Below are positions 53,381-64,000 of a stretch of DNA of 64,000 nucleotides, in pieces. A program made the translations under genes and the position numbers. The notes beneath the pieces are model-generated. The model saw only the letters and a list, made by a program, of their open reading frames with translations, was not told the origin of the DNA and did not search any database. Position 1 is the stretch's first letter. The number at the start of each line of letters is the position of its first letter. The DNA is from Nitrosopumilaceae archaeon (GTDB taxonomy: Archaea; Thermoproteota; Nitrososphaeria; Nitrososphaerales; Nitrosopumilaceae): assembly GCA_965214835.1 (NCBI GenBank), contig CBDCCK010000002.1, forward strand, positions 1,408,001 through 1,472,000. Reading direction: 5' to 3'.

Positions 53381-54016
53381 CTAGCACTTTGTCACAGAGT
53401 ATATGTTGTTCTCAAAGTTGGCGGCCTTAAAGTCAAGCTTGTTCTCGGGATCCCCTGATCTTGACTTGCTGAGCGTCTCTAGCTCCACCATGGCATCCCC
53501 CCTGAACCCCACAGACGAGCCGTAAACCGCATCGGTCAGCATCGTGCCGTGGTCGCCCTTTTTGATGTCCTCCACCATGTTGTAGAACTTTGTTGCGTCC
53601 CTCTTGTTGACCTGCTTGCCGGTGGCCTTGTTTGTGGCAACTGCGATGTACATCCCGTTGTTTTTTACTGCGACTGGAACCTTGTGGTTCTTTCCGGACT
53701 CTCCGGGAATCGACTCGCTTATCAGGACCTCGCACTTGTGGTACATGCTTGAGATATACGCATAGAACCTGTACTGCGCAAAGTGGCCCGCCTCGTCCGC
53801 CTCGCAGCCGACGAAAATCCTGTGCAGCAGCTCCAGGGCCTCGTCATTCATGCTCTGGAGCCTGTCGTCGATCCTCCCCCTCTCCAGCAGATCCGACTTG
53901 CACTCCCTTGCGATTAGCTCCAGGATAAAGTCAGGCAGGTTGTAGTTTTTCAGCGCGGCCACAAACGCGCCTGCCTGCGACATTCCAAACTTTGGAAAAC
54001 CCTTGTTGACCATCAA
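53381..54016 (-). CDS. conserved hypothetical protein
   Basis: Core-like GC and codon usage; divergent from aconitase. Confidence 0.7.
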   Translation of the reverse strand: MMVNKGFPKFGMSQAGAFVAALKNYNLPDFILELIARECKSDLLERGRIDDRLQSMNDEALELLHRIFVGCEADEAGHFAQYRFYAYISSMYHKCEVLISESIPGESGKNHKVPVAVKNNGMYIAVATNKATGKQVNKRDATKFYNMVEDIKKGDHGTMLTDAVYGSSVGFRGDAMVELETLSKSRSGDPENKLDFKAANFENNIYSVTKC

Positions 54017-54087
54017 AAATCCACCTCTGAATCCCTAGCTTACAAAAAGGGCTGTTTTGCATATAATTGTTAAGGCATAAATCTGCC

Positions 54088-56373
54088 ATGTTTGCGCACA
54101 AGCCTGTGAAGACACAGACAACGCCGGATCTTGTCTCTTCGGCCTACAAGAGGATCGAGGAGGGGTCTGCCTGCTACAGAAAGGCGGTAGGACGTCCGCT
54201 GACGCTGGCCGAGAAGATCCTCTCCGGCCACCTGCTTGAGGTGCCCGGCGGCAGCCTGGACGGGGGTACAAACTATGTGCTGCTGAGGCCCGACAGGGTC
54301 GCACTGCAGGACGTTACCGGGCAGATGGTAATGCTCCAGTTCATGCTTGCCGGCCTTAGACAGACCACCCTGCCGACCACCGTCCACTGCGACCACCTCA
54401 TCCGGGCCCGGGTGGAGGGCGAGGCCGACATGAAGGCATCGCTGGATGAGAACAGCGAGGTCTTTAGGTTCCTACAGTCCGCCGCCAGCAAGTACGGCGT
54501 GGGATTCTGGAAGCCGGGCGCCGGAATCATCCACCAGGTAGTCCTGGAGAACTATGCGTTCCCTGGCGGGCTGATGATCGGTACCGACTCTCACACCCCT
54601 AATGCCGGGGGTCTTGGAATGCTGGCCATCGGAGTCGGCGGCGTCGATGCTGCAGAAACCATGGCCGGAATGCCCTGGGAGGTGCTGTACCCGAAAAGAA
54701 TCGGCGTCAGGCTTACCGGGAGGCTAGGCGGCTGGACGGCACCCAAGGATGTCATCCTCAAGGTGGCCGAGCAGCTGACCGTCTCCGGCGGAACCAACTC
54801 CATCGTGGAATACTTTGGACCCGGGGCAGAGTCCATCAGCTGCACCGGCAAGGCGACCATAACCAACATGGGCGCAGAAATCGGCGCGACATGCTCGGTG
54901 TTTCCATATGATAAAAGAATGGAGGCCTACCTCGATGGAACCGAGCGCAGACGCATTGCGGAGCTGGCAAACCAAAACAGGCATCTCCTGGCAGCCGATC
55001 CGGAGGTGGAGCAAAACCCGGAGCGGTTCTACGACCGGGTGATCGAGATCGACCTATCGGCACTGGAGCCCCACATAGTGGGGCCTCACACCCCTGATCT
55101 TGCACGCCCGATATCCAGGCTAGAGTCCGACGTAGAGTCCCGGGGATATGTCAGTGAGATCTCCGTGGCGCTGATTGGAAGCTGCACCAACTCCTCGTAC
55201 GAGGACATGTCCCGTGCAGCCAGCCTGGCCGAGCAGGCAAAGGCCATGGGCATAAGGTCAAAAGTCCCCCTGCTGGTCACCCCAGGCTCCGAGCAGATCA
55301 GGGGCACGATCGAGCGCGACGGACAGATGCAGTCCCTGGTGGACATAGGCGCCACCGTGCTGGCAAACGCGTGCGGCCCCTGCATCGGCCAGTGGAGCAG
55401 GCCGGAGCTCAAGGAGGGGCAGCCCAACACCATTGTAACCTCGTTTAACAGGAACTTTCCGGGAAGAAACGACGGCCAGAGGCAGACCCTGAACTTTATC
55501 GGCAGCCCCGAGATGATAATCGCCCTGGCACTGGGAGGAAGCCTCTCGTTTAACCCGATGACTGACGAGCTTGCCGCCGCAGACGGGACGAGGTTCAGGC
55601 TTGATCCGCCGGGGCCCGCCCCGGAGGTTCCAGCCGGCGGATTCAAAAGGCCGCAGGGGGTATTCGTGCCGCCCTCCCCCGATCCGGACTCCGTTGAGGT
55701 GGTAATCGATCCGGCAAGCAGGCGCCTGCAGAGGCTCGAGCCGTTTCCGGCGTGGGACGGCGGGGATCTCGTTGACCTGCCTCTGATGGCAAAGGCCAGG
55801 GGAAAGTGCACGACCGATCACATCTCTCCTGCCGGCGCGTGGCTGTCGTTTCGGGGCCACCTGGACAATCTCAGCGACAACATGCTGCTGGGCGCCGTCA
55901 ACGCCTTTTCCGGTGAGGTCGGCAGGGGGACAAACATCCTGAGTGGCAGGGTAGAGCCGTTCCCTCAGATTGCAAGGCAGTACAAGCAAAGCAGCATCAG
56001 GTGGGTCATCGTCGGCGATGACAACTATGGGGAGGGAAGCAGCAGGGAGCACGCCGCAATGACGCCGCGGTATCTCAACTGTGCGGCAGTAATCACAAAG
56101 GGCTTTGCCCGAATCCACGAGACCAACCTCAAAAAGCAGGGCGTCCTTGCCCTGACCTTTGCGAACCCCGGCGACTATGACAGGATCCGGGAGTCTGACA
56201 GGATCAGCCTTGTCGGCCTGCAGGGACTTGCGCCGGCAAGGCCAGTCAGGTGCGTTGTAGCCCATGCCGACGGGGACCGGGAGGAGATCCCGCTGAGGCA
56301 CTCCTATAGCGCGGCCCAGCTTGAGTGGTTCAGGGCAGGCTCGGCACTCAACGTCCTGAGAAACAAGCAATAG
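54088..56373 (+). CDS. acnA: aconitate hydratase
   Basis: HCDH, GTDSHT, GSCTNS, ACGPCIG, TTDHISPAG, YGEGSSREHA. Confidence 0.96.
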   Translation: MFAHKPVKTQTTPDLVSSAYKRIEEGSACYRKAVGRPLTLAEKILSGHLLEVPGGSLDGGTNYVLLRPDRVALQDVTGQMVMLQFMLAGLRQTTLPTTVHCDHLIRARVEGEADMKASLDENSEVFRFLQSAASKYGVGFWKPGAGIIHQVVLENYAFPGGLMIGTDSHTPNAGGLGMLAIGVGGVDAAETMAGMPWEVLYPKRIGVRLTGRLGGWTAPKDVILKVAEQLTVSGGTNSIVEYFGPGAESISCTGKATITNMGAEIGATCSVFPYDKRMEAYLDGTERRRIAELANQNRHLLAADPEVEQNPERFYDRVIEIDLSALEPHIVGPHTPDLARPISRLESDVESRGYVSEISVALIGSCTNSSYEDMSRAASLAEQAKAMGIRSKVPLLVTPGSEQIRGTIERDGQMQSLVDIGATVLANACGPCIGQWSRPELKEGQPNTIVTSFNRNFPGRNDGQRQTLNFIGSPEMIIALALGGSLSFNPMTDELAAADGTRFRLDPPGPAPEVPAGGFKRPQGVFVPPSPDPDSVEVVIDPASRRLQRLEPFPAWDGGDLVDLPLMAKARGKCTTDHISPAGAWLSFRGHLDNLSDNMLLGAVNAFSGEVGRGTNILSGRVEPFPQIARQYKQSSIRWVIVGDDNYGEGSSREHAAMTPRYLNCAAVITKGFARIHETNLKKQGVLALTFANPGDYDRIRESDRISLVGLQGLAPARPVRCVVAHADGDREEIPLRHSYSAAQLEWFRAGSALNVLRNKQ

Positions 56374-56376
56374 ACG

Positions 56377-56531
56377 TGGGGCCGACCGGAATCGAACCGG
56401 CGACCTACGGGTCACTACAGCTCCAAACTCACATCATCTTTTCCATCAGCAGTTTGAATTCTAACCTCTGGAGCCCTTAGCGGTGATCTCTGCGTAGACA
56501 CTGTCGCCCTACCAGGCTAGGCTACGACCCC
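56377..56531 (-). tRNA. tRNA-Trp(CCA) with two introns (about 56477-56502 and 56413-56467)
   Basis: GGGGTCG/CGGCCCC acceptor stem, GGTTCGATTCC T-arm; removing both inserts gives stem ACGGG-CTCCAGA-CCCGT. Confidence 0.9.
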
Positions 56532-56578
56532 ACGTATTACTGGCAGGCGTACCTGAATTTTAAGTTATATTTGCAGGC

Positions 56579-56699
56579 CAGTCTTCCTAGAAGTAACCGA
56601 CTCACGGCGGTGCAGTAGGTGACATGCGGATCTGCAGGCAGTCTCATTTGAATTGTTTCGAGCCGGGGATGATTTGATGCGGTACTTCTGGGAAGACTG
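56579..56699. mobile_element. ISH3-type MITE (family E)
   Basis: TIR CAGTCTTCC(T/C)AGAAGTA; flanks GCAGGC on both sides. Confidence 0.75.
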
Positions 56700-57059
56700 G
56701 CAGGCAGTCAAAACCGTGCCTGAACCCCTCTGAGGCCACCAGGGCATGTTGCAAGGATTTCGGCATCCGGTATTGGCGGGCCTGGGCGCAAGAACCTGAA
56801 AAAAGGCTAGGGTCTAGTCGTCATCGGCAAGATCATCTAAAAGCTTGGAGTATTTCTCCATAATCTCTTCGGTGATTTTCTTATCTTCGGGACTCGTGTT
56901 TTTTCATTCTCTGGGAAATATAAAAAGACAACCGTTCCATGACTTCTTGATTCAGGGTAAACACTTGATCCTTGATTCTTCTTAGGTAATAGGTTAGCCC
57001 CTGCCTAGTTGATTTTTTCTGACCACCTGATCTATAAACTATCATTACCCGGGAAATAC

Positions 57060-58817
57060 ATGCCTACAGCCTCGGAATTCAAGGAACTATGCAATGAGCT
57101 TGCCCGCGAAAAAGCGGAACTTCAGAAGGAGCAGAAGGAACATCAGAGGACGCAAGGCAAGCTTCAGAAGGAGCAGAAGGAACATCAGAGGACGCAAGGC
57201 AAGCTTCAGAAGGAGCAGAAGGAACATCAGAGGACGCAAGGCAAGCTTCAGAAGGAGCAGAAGGAACATCAGAGGACGCAAGGCAAGCTTCAGAAGGAGC
57301 AGAAGGAACATCAGAGGACGCAAGGCAAGCTTCAGAAGGAGCAGAAGGAACATCAGAGGACGCAAGGCAAGCTTCAGAAGGAGCAGAAGGAACATCAGAG
57401 GACGCAAGGCAAGCTTCAGAAGGAGCAGAAGGAACATCAGAGGACACGGGAGGAGCTTGCCGCTGAGAAGGCGGGACGCAAATCTGACAATGCCGTCTCT
57501 GCCGCGCAAATCGCGACGCAGACAGCACAAATCAAGCAGTTCAAACAACGCATCACATATTATGAGAACCCGCACAGCCCCTCCTCGCAGAACTCGATTC
57601 CGACCAGGCAGAAAAAGGCAGCAGCCGCGGCAGGGGCATCTGGAAGGGCACCTACAAGGCCGGGCCGCAGGCCCGGACACGAGGGCATATCACACAGGAG
57701 AACACCGACCCGGGAAATGAGCCACGTGCCTGACATGTGCGGCGCGTGCAACGGGCGCGACCTGACAGATCCGGTTCCCGCCGGAACTAGGATGGCTACT
57801 GACATTCCAGAGATCCCAGAGCCGGTCACGACACAGCACTACTTTACCCGCCGCAAGTGCCGCAAGTGCGGCGCCATCACCACGACAAACGGGGGCGGGC
57901 TGGTCGTTCCGGGCACCGAGTTTGGACCCAACATTGCCTCCTATATCGGCACCCTGTACACCATGCCGGCATCCGTCGGCTCGATCAGGCGCATCGTAAA
58001 GGAGATCTTTAAAATTGATGTAAGCAAGGCGATGATACAGAACTGCCTCAAGACCGTTACAAAGAAGCTTGATCCGTGCGTGGAGGACATCAAAAAAGAC
58101 ATTGCAGGATGCGACCACGTCCACATGGACGAGACGGGGATGCCATACGACGGCAAGAGCGGCTACATGTGGGTGGCAGTGGGCGTCAAGGACGGCAATG
58201 CCGTCGGCGCGCACATGGTGGCAACTGACAGCAGGAGGGCATCCGTACTGGATGAGCACTTTTCATACGTGCCCAGAGTCGGGGTGACTGACGGATACCC
58301 CGGATACGACAAGTTCTTTGGCAGGAACAGGCAGCGGTGCTGGGCCCACATAATCCGGGAGGCAGACGCCCAAAGCGAGAAAACGGACTCCCCGGAGGTT
58401 CGCGCCGCAGGCGAGCGCCTCAAGTGGCAGATGCATTGCGCCAAGGGGCCGGGGCCGCCGGAGGAGGCTGCCAGGCAGCACGACAGTCGGGTGGCAGAAA
58501 CACGCGAGATTGCCGCCACATACAGGAAGGAAGGATGTGACAGCTGTGCCACAAAGATTGACAACGCCTCGGAGTTTCTCTACACGTTTACGACGCGTCC
58601 TGGGATGGATCCCACCAACAACCTGGCAGAGCGCACGCTGAGGCCCGGCGTGATCGCGCGCAAGATACGGTTCGGACTGCGGACAAAAGACGGACAGAAG
58701 ATGTTCGGTAACATGTTGACGTGCATCGAGACATGGCGCCTCCGGGGGTGCAACGTTACGGACATGATCAGGGACGCGCTGGTCAGAAACCCCGGGTACG
58801 TGGTCGTCTGCCCCTAG
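57060..58817 (+). CDS. IS66 transposase
   Basis: PGRRPGHEG, CGAC/CRKC, HMDETG, VTDGY, QRCWAHIIR, TNNLAERTLR. Confidence 0.93.
   Translation: MPTASEFKELCNELAREKAELQKEQKEHQRTQGKLQKEQKEHQRTQGKLQKEQKEHQRTQGKLQKEQKEHQRTQGKLQKEQKEHQRTQGKLQKEQKEHQRTQGKLQKEQKEHQRTQGKLQKEQKEHQRTREELAAEKAGRKSDNAVSAAQIATQTAQIKQFKQRITYYENPHSPSSQNSIPTRQKKAAAAAGASGRAPTRPGRRPGHEGISHRRTPTREMSHVPDMCGACNGRDLTDPVPAGTRMATDIPEIPEPVTTQHYFTRRKCRKCGAITTTNGGGLVVPGTEFGPNIASYIGTLYTMPASVGSIRRIVKEIFKIDVSKAMIQNCLKTVTKKLDPCVEDIKKDIAGCDHVHMDETGMPYDGKSGYMWVAVGVKDGNAVGAHMVATDSRRASVLDEHFSYVPRVGVTDGYPGYDKFFGRNRQRCWAHIIREADAQSEKTDSPEVRAAGERLKWQMHCAKGPGPPEEAARQHDSRVAETREIAATYRKEGCDSCATKIDNASEFLYTFTTRPGMDPTNNLAERTLRPGVIARKIRFGLRTKDGQKMFGNMLTCIETWRLRGCNVTDMIRDALVRNPGYVVVCP
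57120..57445 (+). repeat. 42-bp coding tandem repeat, 7 full copies plus 1 partial
   Basis: Encodes LQKEQKEHQRTQGK. Confidence 0.95.
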
Positions 58818-59465
58818 CAATCCTGCACTAATCTGCCTGCAGTTGTGATTTTCATGCCTGAAAAGACGGTGGGTGTGACTTTAACTCTAGGCAGGGGCTA
58901 ACCTATTACCTTCTTAGCATTCGCCTTGACTCCAGGTTCTCTTCTTCCGGATCAATGCAAGTCATATCCGTTGTCGCGCAAAAACTTTTCTGCTGCGACA
59001 ATTCCGGCCCTTCTATTGCCGTCCATGAACGACTGCTTCAAGGCAGCTGCACCCATGACGTGGGCGGCTATTTCAAGCAGGTCCTGCCCCCTGTCTCCGG
59101 AATTGCCGGCGCCATTTATCATCGAGTACCTCGTCCATGTTTTTTTTGGATGACTTTGATACGGGCTTGCCGGTTCTTTTCCTCTCTCTTAGAACCCACT
59201 CGTTAACCTCAGTCAGGTACTGCTCGTGAACCTTCATCACCATACCATCTGAGACCAGCGGTATTTTCCCTTGATGGCTGGATTTAAGGCCTGACTGCCT
59301 GGCCGAAGACGTGCCGCTGTTCCGCATGGCCGCCGCTTCATGTAGCCCTGGCATGCAGAGCCGCATGCGCGCAGGATCACCGATGGAGGCGCGGCCCGAG
59401 GCGGGCTTAATACACGCCCGTCCATAGATGGCTAGCTTTATTTGCCAAAGAGCCGGACTTGTACC

Positions 59466-59999
59466 ATGGTCAGGCCAGTCATCCTGGGATTAGCGGCGGT
59501 TCCAGCTATTGTTGCAGCGGTGATTGCAGTCCCGATGCTGACGCAGACAGAAATCCCATTTAGCGCCGCCAATCCAAACGACCGGCTGGAGCTGGAATAC
59601 ACAAAGCATCAGATAAGGACGGTCTCCTTTGGCCTCACAGAGCGCGTGGGCTCTGAGAAAAGCGAGATCCTAAAGGTAGGGCAGGACGGGGATGCGACCT
59701 ATGTCGTAATAGAGTCGGGTCAGAGCCTGCCTGAAAAAAAATTCAGGCTTGACGGCGAGCAGATGCTCCGGCTGACGGCGCTGATAAAGGAGACGGGAAT
59801 AGTGTCGATTCCGACCGAGTCCTTCCCTGCCAGGGACGGGCAGACCGAGTATCAAAAGTCCACACTCAAAATCAACCTCAACGGGCAGCAAAAGCAGATC
59901 AACTGGCCTGATCAAAACGCCACCGACAGCTTTGTACCTCCCCTGATCACGCACCTCGAGGAAAAGCTCGACGAGATTGTGGATCTGGCCGGTGAATAG
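59466..59999 (+). CDS. membrane-anchored hypothetical protein
   Basis: N-terminal [21 protein letters not shown]. Confidence 0.7.
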   Translation: MVRPVILGLAAVPAIVAAVIAVPMLTQTEIPFSAANPNDRLELEYTKHQIRTVSFGLTERVGSEKSEILKVGQDGDATYVVIESGQSLPEKKFRLDGEQMLRLTALIKETGIVSIPTESFPARDGQTEYQKSTLKINLNGQQKQINWPDQNATDSFVPPLITHLEEKLDEIVDLAGE

Positions 60000-60030
60000 G
60001 TACAAATACGGAGCGGCCCCAGCTAACCCT

Positions 60031-60999
60031 ATGATTCCGCTGGCAGGTGAGAATACCGGGGCGGGGGGAATAGTCGACGACAGCCTGGACTCGGTCGCAA
60101 CGACCCGCGGAACCTCCACCCTGAAGAGGGGGTTTGCGCACATGCTCAAAAACGGAGTCGTCATGGACGTTACGACCGTCGAGCAGGCCAGGATTGCAGA
60201 GGAGGCAGGCGCCGTATCAGTCATGGTCCTAGACAAGCTGCCCTCCGATGTCAGAAAGGCAGGCGGGGTCGCAAGGACCGCAAGCATCAGGGTCATAGAG
60301 GAGATCAAGGACTCTGTCACCATACCTGTCATGGCAAAGTGCCGGATCGGCCACGTCTATGAGGCCCGCGTCCTGGAGGAGGCAGACGTCGACATGATCG
60401 ACGAGTCCGAGGTGCTGACGCCGGCAGACGAGTCCCGGCACATCTGGAAGTGGGACTTTACCGCCCCCTTTGTCAACGGCGCAAGGTCGCTAGGCGAGGC
60501 GCTGCGCAGGGTCGACGAGGGCGCCGCGATGATCAGGACAAAGGGCGAGCCCGGCACCGGAAACGTGGCAGAGGCCATCACCCACATCAAGAAGGTAAGA
60601 GACGGGCTCCGCGCCGTCGGGGCGGTGCACGACTCGGGGGACAGCCAGGAGCTGGTCAGGATGGCAAGGGAATTTCGCGTGTCCTACGGCCTGGTCGAGC
60701 AGACGGCCCGGGCCGGCAGGCTGCCCGTCGTCAACTTTGCCGCAGGCGGCATCGCCACCCCCGCAGATGCGGCATACCTGATGTCGCTGGGATGTGACGG
60801 GATCTTCGTAGGATCTGGAGTCTTTGCATCCGAGGACGCCGCCGAGCGCGCACGCGCAATCGTCCTGGCCGCGACCTTCTGGGACGAGCCGGACCGGGTA
60901 AGGGAGGCGCAAAGGATGATTGACGAGAGGCAGTCGATGCTGGGGCTGGATGTCAAGACGCTTGAGCTGCGCATGCAGGATCGGGGTGGCTCGGCGTGA
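60031..60999 (+). CDS. pdxS: pyridoxal 5'-phosphate synthase lyase subunit
   Basis: [46 protein letters not shown]. Confidence 0.97.
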   Translation: MIPLAGENTGAGGIVDDSLDSVATTRGTSTLKRGFAHMLKNGVVMDVTTVEQARIAEEAGAVSVMVLDKLPSDVRKAGGVARTASIRVIEEIKDSVTIPVMAKCRIGHVYEARVLEEADVDMIDESEVLTPADESRHIWKWDFTAPFVNGARSLGEALRRVDEGAAMIRTKGEPGTGNVAEAITHIKKVRDGLRAVGAVHDSGDSQELVRMAREFRVSYGLVEQTARAGRLPVVNFAAGGIATPADAAYLMSLGCDGIFVGSGVFASEDAAERARAIVLAATFWDEPDRVREAQRMIDERQSMLGLDVKTLELRMQDRGGSA

Positions 61000-61622
61000 C
61001 CATGAGGCTCGGGGTCCTGGCAGTCCAGGGAGACGTTGCCGAAAACATCTCCTCGCTGGAGGATTCTGCAGGACAGCTGGGCCTGGAGGCCGACGTCAGC
61101 GCCGTAAAGACCCCCGGACAGATCGAGGGCCTAGACGGCCTCGTCATCCCGGGCGGGGAGAGCACCACGATGGGGCGGCTGTCCCTGGCCAACGGGGCCC
61201 TTGAGCAGATCAGGCAGAAGGTCGCCTCGGGCATGCCCGCGCTTGGAATCTGCGCCGGGATGGTGCTGCTTGCAGGCCGTGCAAGCGACAGGGTCGTGGG
61301 GAAGACCGGACAGCCGCTGCTTGAGCTCCTGGACATAGAGATTGAAAGAAACTCCTTTGGAAGGCAAAGGCAGTCCTTTGAGGCAGACGTCTCGATGAAT
61401 CCTATAGGGATACAGAGCTTTCGGGGGGTCTTCATCCGGGCACCTGCGATACTGTCTGCGGCGCCGGACGTCGAGCCGATTGCAAAGCTGAACGAGAAGA
61501 CAGTCGCAGTCAAAAGGGGGGGCATAATCGGGACGTCGTTTCATCCGGAGCTGACAGAGGATCTGGCAGTACACCGGTATTTTGTAGGCCTGGTCAGGGA
61601 CTCTGGGCAGCGGGCATGCTAG
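60996..61622 (+). CDS. pdxT: pyridoxal 5'-phosphate synthase glutaminase subunit
   Basis: PGGESTT, GICAG, RNSFGRQ, FIRAP, FHPEL. Confidence 0.97.
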   Translation: MTMRLGVLAVQGDVAENISSLEDSAGQLGLEADVSAVKTPGQIEGLDGLVIPGGESTTMGRLSLANGALEQIRQKVASGMPALGICAGMVLLAGRASDRVVGKTGQPLLELLDIEIERNSFGRQRQSFEADVSMNPIGIQSFRGVFIRAPAILSAAPDVEPIAKLNEKTVAVKRGGIIGTSFHPELTEDLAVHRYFVGLVRDSGQRAC

Positions 61623-61990
61623 GGGGGATGCTGGCCGATCTGGCCGCCATTGACGACATTCTGTTCGTCATACGGGCAGACGGCGCCACCAGCGAGATCC
61701 GCAGCAACGGGCTGGGCGTCTGCGAGCGCGGGAAATACGTCAACGTCGGGGACAATGACGGGCCGTGCCACATGCACATAAGCCGGGAGCTGGTCAGGCG
61801 TGCGGAGTTTGCAGTAGAGCAGAGGCCCGGGCGGCTCAGCTTCTCCGTCAGGTTCTACGATGAGGGAGGCCGGCGCGTCCTGGCCGCGTTTTTTACCGGT
61901 ATGTACGGTGATGACGGGCAGCTGAGGCCCGGCCGGAAAAGGCTGTTCGATGATCTTCGTGCAAAGTACGGCAGTGCGGTGGCCTTTTAG
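61616..61990 (+). CDS. ChuX/HutX-like protein
   Basis: GATSEI, CHMHI, SFSVRFYDEGG pattern. Confidence 0.55.
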   Translation: MLGGMLADLAAIDDILFVIRADGATSEIRSNGLGVCERGKYVNVGDNDGPCHMHISRELVRRAEFAVEQRPGRLSFSVRFYDEGGRRVLAAFFTGMYGDDGQLRPGRKRLFDDLRAKYGSAVAF

Positions 61991-62260
61991 TGCGTCACTG
62001 CACCGAATGGACGCCGGATCTTCCCGCCTTGCAGGCGGGCGCTTGCGGCGGGTCGCAGATCCGTAAAGCACCGCGATCCCGGCCGTGAGTTTCATGGGGC
62101 CGACAGGCTGCAAGCCGGATTTTGTGCGTGGGCAGGGGATCATAGGCGGCTTTACATCGCGCCGGGCACGAGCTCCGTGAGCCGTCTTGTGGCGGCCTGG
62201 CGACTTTTTCAGGGTTTTCTAGTGGGTTTTTTACAAAAATGATCTGAAACTAAATTAAAG

Positions 62261-62351
62261 GTATGTGGTCACGTCCCTTGCTAGCTAGGCACGAAAATCA
62301 CAATCATGCATCTAATTCGTGCCTGACTGATGGGGGTAGGTGACCTCGTAC
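62261..62351. mobile_element. MITE family A (reverse orientation)
   Basis: GTATGTGGTCAC...GTGACCTCGTAC; perfect 8-bp TSD AATTAAAG. Confidence 0.9.
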
Positions 62352-62392
62352 AATTAAAGAGTCTTTAATTATTTATCTGGTAGATAAAACCC

Positions 62393-63565
62393 ATGGTCAG
62401 ACAGAAGGTTGCAGCCAAAATAAATCCGGACGTGCTAAAATGGATAATTGACAGCAGTGGCTGGAGTAATCGCGAGATTGCAAAAAAACTAGAGGTTTCC
62501 CCCAAGACAATCCTGCAGTGGAGGTCGAAAAAACAGGCAATAGACATACACGTGCTTGAAAAACTGGCCGAATGCGCCAAAAGGCCGCTGGCGGTCTTCT
62601 TCTTGCCAAGACCTCCATCAGAGCCTCCACTGACCGACTTTCGAAGACTTGCCAGCAACAAGCCCGCCAAATTATCCCGGGAAACCATCCTGGCAATTCG
62701 AGTAGCAAGGTATCAGCAGTCCGTCGCCTACGATCTGCTAAAGCAGCAAAGGCTCTCCACTACCCCGAGGATCAAGTCGGTGATAAAAATCAGCGATGAT
62801 CCAGAGGCAGTAGCAGTTCAAGAAAGAAAACGACTTGGTTTTGACTCTGAGGACGGCCTGCTGGCTCCTGATGCAAGAGGCCACATCGGTAAAAGATACA
62901 GCAAGCTCAGGGCAGTATTGGAGTCTCTGAATATTTTCGTCTTCCAGGCTAGCTTTCCAGTAGATGAGGTGCGTGGCTTGACACTGTCTGATGCTTTACC
63001 TCGTGCAATAGTAATCAACTCTGCAGATGCATACCCTGCAAGAATCTTTTCACTCATGCATGAATATGGTCATATTCTGCTCAATGAAGGCGGGATTTGC
63101 GTACCCAAGTATGGGCAGACTAGTATGTCTGCAAGTAACCAAGAGCGAATTGAATCCTGGTGCAACAAGTTTGCAGCAGCAGTTCTAGTTCCTGCAGATA
63201 CGTTTCTTGACAGCTTCCATAAGCTAGATGGGAAACAAGGCAAACCCGAGTCAATAGTTGATGCGCTTTCTAGACAATTTCGAGTTAGCAAGCAAGTAAT
63301 CATCGTGCGTATAATAAAGTCATTTCCCAAACATCCTGATTTGCATTACTATGCAGGCGAGTTGAAATTACTACAGGTGCCTTCATCCCAAACAAGGGGT
63401 GGTGGCTTTGCCAGACCCGTCGACCTGTGTCTCAGCCGCAGGGGTAAAAAGTACATATCGCTGGTCCTGGACTCTCGGGAGAAGGAAATCATCAACACCA
63501 GTGATACAATTGATTATCTTGACCTAAAACTCAAGCATTTTGACGCCGTACAAGAACGACTGTAG
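62393..63565 (+). CDS. XRE-HTH + ImmA/IrrE metallopeptidase
   Basis: INPDVLKW HTH, DFR, RIFSLMHEYGH, ESWCNKFAAAVLVP. Confidence 0.9.
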   Translation: MVRQKVAAKINPDVLKWIIDSSGWSNREIAKKLEVSPKTILQWRSKKQAIDIHVLEKLAECAKRPLAVFFLPRPPSEPPLTDFRRLASNKPAKLSRETILAIRVARYQQSVAYDLLKQQRLSTTPRIKSVIKISDDPEAVAVQERKRLGFDSEDGLLAPDARGHIGKRYSKLRAVLESLNIFVFQASFPVDEVRGLTLSDALPRAIVINSADAYPARIFSLMHEYGHILLNEGGICVPKYGQTSMSASNQERIESWCNKFAAAVLVPADTFLDSFHKLDGKQGKPESIVDALSRQFRVSKQVIIVRIIKSFPKHPDLHYYAGELKLLQVPSSQTRGGGFARPVDLCLSRRGKKYISLVLDSREKEIINTSDTIDYLDLKLKHFDAVQERL

Positions 63566-63569
63566 AAAA

Positions 63570-64000
63570 ATGGTCTTTGTCTATGTGGTTGACACTAGCG
63601 CGCTTGTCGATGCCAGCATTCGATATCCTCAAGACACATTTCCAAATGTCTGGAAAAGGCTATCCGGCATAGTCACAGATGGCAGATTGATTTCCCCGTC
63701 TGAGGTTCCCAAGGAACTAGAAAAAAAAGACGATGACGTCCTGTCGTGGTGCAAGACCAATTCCAGGATGTTTGTGGACAACAACAACGAAATCGTGAAA
63801 CTTGTCGATGAGGTAATGTCTGAATTTAAGCAACTCGTTCCTGTAAATTCGGTTAATGCCGTCGCCGATCCATTCGTTGTTGCACTGGCCCGAGTAATCC
63901 AAGCCCAAAGTATCGATGATTCCACACCTGCTGTCATAACACATGAGAGCAGACGAAGCGACATCAAAATCCCTGCCGCCTGCACTCGTTACAACATTAC
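63570..64000 (+). CDS. DUF4411-like PIN protein (runs off the window)
   Basis: YVVDTSALVD..RYP..FPNVW, ADPFVVALA, VITHE, KIPAAC. Confidence 0.85.
   Translation, partial: MVFVYVVDTSALVDASIRYPQDTFPNVWKRLSGIVTDGRLISPSEVPKELEKKDDDVLSWCKTNSRMFVDNNNEIVKLVDEVMSEFKQLVPVNSVNAVADPFVVALARVIQAQSIDDSTPAVITHESRRSDIKIPAACTRYNI

Larger units (their letters stand above)
56986..58909 (+). mobile_element. IS66-family single-ORF IS (1924 bp)
   Basis: Perfect TIR GTAATAGGTTAGCCCCTGCCTAG; 8-bp TSD CTTCTTAG. Confidence 0.95.
56881..59243 (-). pseudogene. Fic/Doc-like toxin, frameshifted and split by IS66
   Basis: AAHVMGAAALKQSFMDGNRRAG at about 59000-59070; the frame continues MLRR-IKDQVF across the TSD. Confidence 0.6.

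Noticed and set aside
55086-56415. Long antisense ORFs over aconitase (similar ones over pheT, pdxS and iscS)
   Set aside because: GC-rich shadow ORFs of well-supported genes.
57079-57720. Repeat-rich ORFs overlapping the IS66 transposase
   Set aside because: Shadow frames of the 42-bp repeat.

Overview
Archaeal chromosome segment, most likely a Nitrosopumilaceae/Cenarchaeum-like thaumarchaeon (inferred from archaeal-type pheST/trpS/coaD/pdxST, a two-intron tRNA-Trp, TATA promoters, and GC-rich core genes interleaved with AT-rich islands). Core blocks are at about 17.1-25.4 kb, 43-45.8 kb, 53.4-56.5 kb and 59.4-62 kb. They alternate with defence islands. Island 1 (1-13.6 kb) holds a PemK toxin, a cysteine desulfurase coupled to a truncated SspB/DUF4007-like start, an att/integrase relic, an IS-split RecD-like helicase-nuclease, AIPR and a short DndD-like ATPase. 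Island 2 (25.6-41 kb) holds Doc, a TIR-small Cys protein-membrane protein operon, an SDH/Clp-fold protease, an AbiE-like pair, and a membrane Mrr-polyGlu-SRA-like nuclease. Upstream of that nuclease is an EcoRI-family methyltransferase relic with 63 copies of a 7-bp repeat in its 5' end. Hachiman lies at 46.4-50.4 kb and ImmA/IrrE plus DUF4411 at the right edge. The mobilome is rich: two near-identical ISH3 copies, IS630, IS66, IS5/ISL2-like and IS6-like elements, and at least five MITE families, most matched to an autonomous or relic partner in the window. No CRISPR array was seen. All family calls come from motif recognition by eye, not database searches.
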